This document shows, one piece after another, positions 62,801 through 64,000 of a DNA stretch of 64,000 bases. Positions within the stretch are counted from its first letter, which is position 1; each line of letters starts with the position of its first letter. This stretch comes from Orbicella franksi. Its lineage: Eukaryota. Where the stretch lies: the NCBI GenBank assembly GCA_964199315.1, contig OZ116709.1:5704001-5768000 (forward strand), given 5' to 3'. A model generated the notes under the pieces. The model was not told the origin of the DNA. It worked only from the letters and a program-made list of their open reading frames with translations, and did not search any database. The position numbers were made by a program, and so were the translations under genes.

Positions 62801-63424
62801 CTGTTTATCCACTGGACAGAATTAATGGCGGCCGTGACATCAGCCCACGAAAATGCCCGACCGCAAGGCGAGTTGGCGTGAGAATCGCCCCAGGTCCAGA
62901 CGGACGAAAATACGGATCCACCCAATTCTATGGCAACCGCAACAGCTACGTCGAAATCCCGAACAACGGCAAACTTGACACCGTGGCCTCCATTTCCATT
63001 CTGACCTGGGTTTATCACGAGGGCATCAAAGGTCCTATCGTCAACTACAGACCAGGTCCCGGATGGGGCGTTCACTTGTGGATGGTTGGACCACGCACGT
63101 TATTTGCACGGTTCGTCCGCAGGGATGGAGTGTTTACCAAAGCAGTGGTCGTCACGAGCAGAAAGATACGGTACAGAGCCTGGAATTACATCGGTGCTAC
63201 ATACGACTACAAGAGTGGTGTTGCCAAACTATGGGTGAACTCGAGGTTGCTTGTGGTGAAGAGTATTGGACGATTCCGATTGGCTACGAACTATCCAATC
63301 AGAATTGGTGCGCGTCGTGGTGACAAACGGTACTTCAAGGGAAGGATTTTCTGTGTGCAAATCTACAGTCGTGCGCTAAACCGGAAACAAATTTTGGCGG
63401 CTAGTAAAACGTGCTTCAGGCCGT
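6299..63424 (+). CDS. Giant secreted Arg-rich multi-VWA / LamG-like repeat protein, at least 7,017 aa, 66 coding exons, 3' end beyond window
   Basis: Hand-spliced chain of GT-AG exons with compatible phases and no in-frame stop: signal peptide, WSC-like domain, 13 VWA, 18 LamG-like, 27 microexons. The join across the 3-kb intron 9332-12333 is inferred from phase compatibility and the lack of another start/signal peptide. Confidence 0.85.
6936..7013 (+). CDS. Exon: short Cys-containing segment
   Basis: ttttccgcag|...|gtgcgt, 78 nt, phase 1-1; [26 protein letters not shown]. Confidence 0.7.
7444..7707 (+). CDS. Exon: Pro/Gln-rich low-complexity segment
   Basis: ttttcacag|...|gtacgt, 264 nt, phase 1-1; [17 protein letters not shown]...YHIRGK. 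Confidence 0.7.
7736..8071. mobile_element. Tc1/mariner(pogo)-type MITE
   Basis: Left TA|cagtcgaacttccactaac; right end reverse-complements to cagtggaacctctccacaac; same terminal motif as the 30716-33454 element. Confidence 0.55.
8141..8383 (+). CDS. Exon: WSC-like domain (main part)
   Basis: tctcattcag|...|gtgata, 243 nt; FKSLGCWKD...MKCAEAA...[12 protein letters not shown]...YTCK fits the WSC Cys pattern. Confidence 0.8.
8505..8544 (+). CDS. Exon: end of WSC-like domain
   Basis: ttctttag|...|gtaagt, 40 nt, phase 1 to 2; [13 protein letters not shown] matches the WSC C-terminal GG.W...VY motif. Confidence 0.8.
8784..9331 (+). CDS. Exon: Thr/Pro-rich then acidic spacer ending RPPRPR...CPVC
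   Basis: tgatag| phase 2 matches the preceding exon; donor gtaagt at 9332; lies in ORF 8734..9462. Confidence 0.75.
10633..10807. mobile_element. MITE family B copy
   Basis: taggcc...ttgcctctgtgtcaaaatgag shared with 11076-11263; ends gcctatt. Confidence 0.6.
11076..11263. mobile_element. MITE family B copy
   Basis: aataggcc...ttgcctctgtgtcaaaatgag and inverted ctcgttttgacatagaggcaa...ggcctaat. Confidence 0.65.
12334..12897 (+). CDS. VWA domain V1 (MIDAS near-intact)
   Basis: cag|...|gtaggt, 564 nt, phase 1-1; [16 protein letters not shown]...VITDG...AICL. Confidence 0.92.
13350..13415 (+). CDS. Linker microexon m1 (CLC motif)
   Basis: ttgcag|66 nt|gtaagt; [22 protein letters not shown]. 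Confidence 0.75.
14208..14237 (+). CDS. Linker microexon m2
   Basis: cttttag|30 nt|gtaagt; [10 protein letters not shown]. Confidence 0.8.
14753..15376 (+). CDS. LamG/ConA-like domain L1
   Basis: catag|624 nt|gtaagt; GPDG...SYIDFPNNG...WNYVGASYD...CMQVY...CF. Confidence 0.9.
15634..15663 (+). CDS. Linker microexon m3
   Basis: tgtag|30 nt|gtaagt; [10 protein letters not shown]. Confidence 0.8.
16045..16674 (+). CDS. LamG/ConA-like domain L2
   Basis: ttag|630 nt|gtagct; LPDAVAFYP...KKLCFK. Confidence 0.9.
16820..16873 (+). CDS. Linker microexon m4
   Basis: catcag|54 nt|gtaagt; [18 protein letters not shown]. Confidence 0.8.
17424..17990 (+). CDS. VWA domain V2 (MIDAS degenerate)
   Basis: ttccag|567 nt|gtaagt; [16 protein letters not shown]...VVMGSRS...KIC. 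Confidence 0.9.
18403..18444 (+). CDS. Linker microexon m5
   Basis: ttacag|42 nt|gtaaga; [14 protein letters not shown]. Confidence 0.8.
   Translation, partial: HLLHMLHLSQHKS
18914..19540 (+). CDS. LamG/ConA-like domain L3
   Basis: caacag|627 nt|gtaagt; [10 protein letters not shown]...RFCFRA. Confidence 0.9.
19832..19858 (+). CDS. Linker microexon m6
   Basis: ttttag|27 nt|gtaagg; RPVTPKPTP. Confidence 0.8.
20014..20187. mobile_element. MITE family B copy (diverged)
   Basis: aatagcccatttccgagttgcct...gaggtaattcggaattggcctgtt; similar layout to 10633 and 11076. Confidence 0.55.
20465..21103 (+). CDS. LamG/ConA-like domain L4
   Basis: tatag|639 nt|gtaaga; LPRIVAIYP...[10 protein letters not shown]...RCFK. 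Confidence 0.9.
21462..21491 (+). CDS. Linker microexon m7
   Basis: cgttag|30 nt|gtatgg; [10 protein letters not shown]. Confidence 0.8.
21805..22371 (+). CDS. VWA domain V3 (MIDAS intact)
   Basis: tctcag|567 nt|gttggt; DGSGS...GRTYIG...LTDG. Confidence 0.9.
22972..23001 (+). CDS. Linker microexon m8
   Basis: ttttag|30 nt|gtaagt; [10 protein letters not shown]. Confidence 0.8.
23683..24318 (+). CDS. LamG/ConA-like domain L5
   Basis: ttgcag|636 nt|gtttgc; [12 protein letters not shown]...RCFLP. Confidence 0.9.
24722..24856. mobile_element. Degenerate MITE flanked by CTG
   Basis: Internal inverted motifs atccac..gtaaatctctatccag / ggatagtgatttatccagtggat; CTG at 24719-21 and 24857-59. Confidence 0.5.
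24860..25071. mobile_element. PIF/Harbinger-type MITE with CTG target duplication
   Basis: TIR gggcccgtttct(a/c)gaaagccccggaaac, one mismatch in about 28 bp; CTG on both sides. Confidence 0.75.
25169..25219 (+). CDS. Linker microexon m9
   Basis: ttgcag|51 nt|gtaagg; [17 protein letters not shown]. Confidence 0.8.
25542..26084 (+). CDS. VWA domain V4 (MIDAS degenerate, extra Cys)
   Basis: gtttag|543 nt|gttagc; [16 protein letters not shown]...PRCGRRRVL...LTTGES. Confidence 0.88.
26228..26899 (+). CDS. LamG/ConA-like domain L6 (GCLDT type)
   Basis: gtatag|672 nt|gtacgt; [12 protein letters not shown]...QCFRT. Confidence 0.9.
27655..27699 (+). CDS. Linker microexon m10
   Basis: tttcag|45 nt|gtttgt; [15 protein letters not shown]. 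Confidence 0.8.
27873..28117. mobile_element. Foldback MITE with long inverted arms
   Basis: attttacagttg...agcgaggctggaggtgaccttgctttgataca mirrored by tgtatcaaaacaaggtcacctc...agcctcgct...caactgtaaaat. Confidence 0.7.
28186..28755 (+). CDS. VWA domain V5 (MIDAS intact)
   Basis: ctttag|570 nt|gtaagg; DGSSS...GGTYIG...LTDG. Confidence 0.9.
29164..29181 (+). CDS. Linker microexon m11 (18 nt, smallest)
   Basis: tttttcag|18 nt|gtaagt; IPTTPR. Confidence 0.75.
29400..30035 (+). CDS. LamG/ConA-like domain L7
   Basis: attcag|636 nt|gtaagt; [11 protein letters not shown]...KCFLP. Confidence 0.9.
30464..30520 (+). CDS. Linker microexon m12
   Basis: ttcaag|57 nt|gtaagt; [19 protein letters not shown]. 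Confidence 0.8.
30716..33454. mobile_element. Tc1/mariner(pogo)-type non-autonomous element with nested insertion
   Basis: TA|caagtggaaccttgatttaacgaa ... ttcgttaaatcgaggttccactg|TA; many subterminal cgatataacgaa repeats. Confidence 0.75.
31147..33122 (-). mobile_element. Decayed PIF/Harbinger-like element nested in the previous element
   Basis: Perfect 25-bp inverted repeat aaaggtatgggtcgcacttgggaaa; frameshifted minus-strand remnant 31390-31699 ([14 protein letters not shown] / [28 protein letters not shown]) resembles a Harbinger transposase N-terminus. Confidence 0.6.
33664..34212 (+). CDS. VWA domain V6 (MIDAS degenerate, extra Cys)
   Basis: caccag|549 nt|gtaagt; DGSRR...PTCGRRRVL...VTTGVS. 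Confidence 0.9.
34814..35482 (+). CDS. LamG/ConA-like domain L8 (GCLDT type)
   Basis: ttctag|669 nt|gtatgt; [12 protein letters not shown]...KCFRP. Confidence 0.9.
35597..35626 (+). CDS. Linker microexon m13
   Basis: ttttag|30 nt|gtacct; [10 protein letters not shown]. Confidence 0.8.
35908..36139 (+). CDS. VWA domain V7, first half
   Basis: cgttag|232 nt|gtttgt, phase 1 to 2; [16 protein letters not shown]...AINRIR. Confidence 0.85.
36245..36517. mobile_element. MITE family C inside the V7 intron
   Basis: tagaggggttttcatttgagtgt...acacttaattgaaaaccgctata; homologous to 49702-49976 in opposite orientation. Confidence 0.7.
36894..37222 (+). CDS. VWA domain V7, second half (MIDAS intact)
   Basis: ttccag|329 nt|gtaagt, phase 2 to 1; [11 protein letters not shown]...ITDG...KVCRPTPT. 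Confidence 0.85.
37722..37742 (+). CDS. Linker microexon m14
   Basis: ttacag|21 nt|gtaagt; PTVPTPT. Confidence 0.75.
38156..38785 (+). CDS. LamG/ConA-like domain L9
   Basis: acgcag|630 nt|gtaagc; PPRAVALYP...VCFR. Confidence 0.9.
39625..39654 (+). CDS. Linker microexon m15
   Basis: ttctag|30 nt|gtaagt; [10 protein letters not shown]. Confidence 0.8.
39763..40398 (+). CDS. LamG/ConA-like domain L10
   Basis: ttttag|636 nt|gtaagt; [10 protein letters not shown]...RCFKK. Confidence 0.9.
40547..40573 (+). CDS. Linker microexon m16
   Basis: ttccag|27 nt|gtgagt; LPVTKPTIP. Confidence 0.78.
40889..40918 (+). CDS. Linker microexon m17
   Basis: tttcag|30 nt|gtaagc; [10 protein letters not shown]. 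Confidence 0.78.
41046..41609 (+). CDS. VWA domain V8 (MIDAS intact)
   Basis: atctag|564 nt|gtgagt; [14 protein letters not shown]...GGTKIG...LTDG. Confidence 0.88.
41906..41938 (+). CDS. Linker microexon m18
   Basis: tttcag|33 nt|gtaaca; [11 protein letters not shown]. Confidence 0.78.
42075..43228. mobile_element. TA-flanked non-autonomous DNA transposon (Tc1/mariner-like)
   Basis: TIR c(c/t)ttattggtactaattttcgcg at both ends, TA on each side, subterminal ttcgcg repeats. Confidence 0.75.
43602..44243 (+). CDS. LamG/ConA-like domain L11
   Basis: ttgcag|642 nt|gtatga; [11 protein letters not shown]...RCFLK. Confidence 0.9.
45237..45290 (+). CDS. Linker microexon m19
   Basis: ttttag|54 nt|gtaagt; [18 protein letters not shown]. 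Confidence 0.85.
45593..46135 (+). CDS. VWA domain V9 (MIDAS degenerate, extra Cys)
   Basis: ctatag|543 nt|gtaagc; DATSS...PQCGRRRVL...AAGRS. Confidence 0.9.
46544..47179 (+). CDS. LamG/ConA-like domain L12 (GCLDT type)
   Basis: tcttag|636 nt|gtttgt; [11 protein letters not shown]...QCFRQ. Confidence 0.9.
47283..47327 (+). CDS. Linker microexon m20
   Basis: gtcaag|45 nt|gtaagc; [15 protein letters not shown]. Confidence 0.8.
47468..47761 (+). mobile_element. tRNA-derived SINE family B with (TTA)/(TAA) tail
   Basis: Pol III A-box-like tggccgggtggtt and B-box ggttcaaatcc, then a non-tRNA body (gccaactggtcagcctccaaccagttgggattcttaa) and simple-repeat tail; absent from the duplicated intron. 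Confidence 0.75.
47732..47816. repeat. (TTA)n/(TAA)n microsatellite with an orientation switch
   Basis: ttattattattat, then aataataataataataa, then about 18 att units. Confidence 0.95.
47817..48720 (-). mobile_element. 5'-truncated non-LTR retrotransposon with restriction-like endonuclease (R4/Dong-like), frameshifted
   Basis: [18 protein letters not shown] (CX2CX8HX4C), RPDIVIKDH...[13 protein letters not shown], terminal [13 protein letters not shown]; 1-nt frameshift near 48175; no RT domain retained. Confidence 0.85.
49017..49658 (+). CDS. LamG/ConA-like domain L13 (duplicate of L11)
   Basis: ttgtag|642 nt|gtatga. Confidence 0.9.
49702..49976. mobile_element. MITE family C, inserted after the duplication
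   Basis: tagagcgattttcaattgagt...ctcaaataaaaaccgctcta; absent at the homologous site near 44290. Confidence 0.8.
50120..50173 (+). CDS. Linker microexon m21
   Basis: tcttag|54 nt|gtaagt; [18 protein letters not shown]. Confidence 0.85.
50478..51020 (+). CDS. VWA domain V10 (duplicate of V9)
   Basis: ctacag|543 nt|gtaagc. Confidence 0.9.
51426..52061 (+). CDS. LamG/ConA-like domain L14 (duplicate of L12)
   Basis: tcttag|636 nt|gtttgt. Confidence 0.9.
52151..52204 (+). CDS. Linker microexon m22
   Basis: ttctag|54 nt|gtaagt; [18 protein letters not shown]. Confidence 0.8.
52484..52773 (+). mobile_element. Full-length tRNA-derived SINE family A with 16-bp TSD
   Basis: A box tggcctcatggtt and B box ggttcgagccc; TSD tttattataacagctc at 52468-52483 and 52774-52789. 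Confidence 0.9.
52979..53270 (+). CDS. VWA domain V11, first half
   Basis: atacag|292 nt|gtgtgc, phase 1 to 2; [14 protein letters not shown]...[14 protein letters not shown]. Confidence 0.87.
53312..53763. mobile_element. TTAA-flanked MITE (Kolobok-like GG termini)
   Basis: TTAA|ggtcattcc ... ggaatgacc|TTAA. Confidence 0.65.
53952..54846. mobile_element. TTAA-flanked non-autonomous element (Kolobok-like)
   Basis: TTAA|ggacggtgcctact ... agtaggcaccgccc|TTAA (13/14 match). Confidence 0.7.
55302..55573 (+). CDS. VWA domain V11, second half (MIDAS intact)
   Basis: ctccag|272 nt|gtaagt, phase 2 to 1; [21 protein letters not shown]...KACLPFVP. Missed by the ORF track in the coding frame. Confidence 0.87.
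55996..56019 (+). CDS. Linker microexon m23
   Basis: ttccag|24 nt|gtaagc; PTKRPTPP. Confidence 0.78.
56260..56425. repeat. Perfect 78-bp tandem duplication with 10-bp spacer
   Basis: attctcctgtactttc...tatattgccat at 56260-56337 and 56348-56425. Confidence 0.9.
56585..57118 (+). CDS. VWA domain V12 (MIDAS degenerate)
   Basis: attcag|534 nt|gtattt; DASGR...VTNGQS...KACR. Confidence 0.9.
57434..57493 (+). CDS. Linker microexon m24
   Basis: tttcag|60 nt|gtaagt; [20 protein letters not shown]. Confidence 0.8.
57596..57882 (+). mobile_element. Diverged SINE family A copy
   Basis: Collinear with 52484-52773 (gtggcctcatggttag...gggtaccggcgaa...cgatggactagcat...acttggctcgtatgcagacttt). Confidence 0.85.
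57933..58535 (+). CDS. LamG/ConA-like domain L15
   Basis: tgtcag|603 nt|gtaagt; FPTPIAIY...NLCNKP. Confidence 0.9.
58962..58991 (+). CDS. Linker microexon m25
   Basis: ttacag|30 nt|gtaagt; [10 protein letters not shown]. Confidence 0.8.
59126..59758 (+). CDS. LamG/ConA-like domain L16
   Basis: ccctag|633 nt|gtaagc; [10 protein letters not shown]...RLCLKT. Confidence 0.9.
60097..60153 (+). CDS. Linker microexon m26
   Basis: aaacag|57 nt|gtaagt; [19 protein letters not shown]. Confidence 0.8.
60597..61148 (+). CDS. VWA domain V13 (MIDAS degenerate, extra Cys)
   Basis: ctgtag|552 nt|gtatct; DSSYN...RQCGRKRVL...ASARS. Confidence 0.9.
61536..62168 (+). CDS. LamG/ConA-like domain L17 (GCLDT type)
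   Basis: gtttag|633 nt|gtttgt; [12 protein letters not shown]...KCFR. Confidence 0.9.
62267..62296 (+). CDS. Linker microexon m27
   Basis: cgtcag|30 nt|gtaaga; [10 protein letters not shown]. Confidence 0.8.
62783..63424 (+). CDS. LamG/ConA-like domain L18 (last exon in window; gene continues)
   Basis: tttcag|642 nt|gtaagt; [10 protein letters not shown]...[10 protein letters not shown]...TCFRP. Confidence 0.9.
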
Positions 63425-64000
63425 GTAAGTAGTTGTATGTGTGGCAAGTGCTTATGCGTAACGTAATATCATGGTTGAAAAATTACGCCTTATTTTTGGC
63501 GCGAACTTTCAGCGTTAATTTACAATTTTACGTGAAATACAATAAAATACAATAAGCCAGTCATAAGCCCGCAATCGTAAGCGTAATATGTCACCCACGA
63601 TATTATAAGGTAATCAAATGGTACTGACTCGAGAAATTAGGAAATGATTCCTGTTGCGTTTTGTCAAAATTCTAATTATTTCCTAATTTCACGCGCCACT
63701 ATTTGATTACTTATACTAATTCTGTAAGTGTAGTACGAGCCGAACGTCTCACTACCGTGAAAGCAATTATCCGTGTTTCACAAGAAATTAATTGTAAACG
63801 GATTAATTGTAAACGCTGTTTTGTGTAATGCGAGAAGTAGACGTTACCTTCAATTACCGTAATTGCGCTATGCATATGAAAAAACAATCGTTTACTAATA
63901 ATTTTCGAGAGGCGGCTCCTTCAGTATCTCAGAGATGAGATTCGAGTCAATACCCTTGTCTGCAGGATGGAATGATGAGGTTGCTTAGCAGAAAGACGTC

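Noticed and set aside
12224-63323. Many minus-strand and off-frame ORFs overlapping the VWA/LamG exons (e.g. 17668-18021, 21938-22249, 59203-59766)
   Set aside because: Shadow ORFs of GC-richer coding exons, with no independent motifs or splice support.
12334-63424. Naming the gene collagen VI, matrilin, neurexin or pentraxin
   Set aside because: No Gly-X-Y, EGF or transmembrane segment is seen and the architecture does not match, so no gene symbol is given.
14753-63424. Treating the VWA/LamG ORFs as a cluster of separate single-exon genes or pseudogenes
   Set aside because: They lack their own start codons and signal peptides; each ORF reads through a consensus donor just after the terminal Cys, and all phases join in frame.

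Overview
AT-rich animal genomic DNA with GT-AG introns. It is most likely a scleractinian coral or other anthozoan; this is inferred from the repeat families and domain content and was not verified. About 57 kb of the window (6299 to beyond 63424, + strand) is one giant multi-exon gene that the ORF track shows only as fragments. Splicing it by hand gave 66 coding exons, 21,052 nt, i.e. at least 7,017 codons, with no stop before the window ends. The N-terminus is a signal peptide, Cys/Pro-rich exons, a WSC-like domain and a Thr/Pro-rich then acidic region. It is followed by 13 VWA domains (V1-V13) and 18 LamG/ConA-like (Laminin_G_3/pentraxin-type) domains (L1-L18), joined by 27 linker microexons of 18-66 nt, nearly all Pro/Thr-rich. 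Domain order: V1 L1 L2 V2 L3 L4 V3 L5 V4 L6 V5 L7 V6 L8 V7 L9 L10 V8 L11 V9 L12 L13 V10 L14 V11 V12 L15 L16 V13 L17 L18. The domains are extremely Arg-rich, and nearly all modules are symmetric phase-1 exons. MIDAS-intact and MIDAS-degenerate VWAs are interspersed, and five VWA-LamG pairs carry a co-occurring extra Cys. The 3' end of a related VWA gene lies at 697-1928. Introns hold SINEs, an R4/Dong-type LINE fragment, nested DNA transposons and many MITEs. All coordinates were read by hand; no database search was possible.
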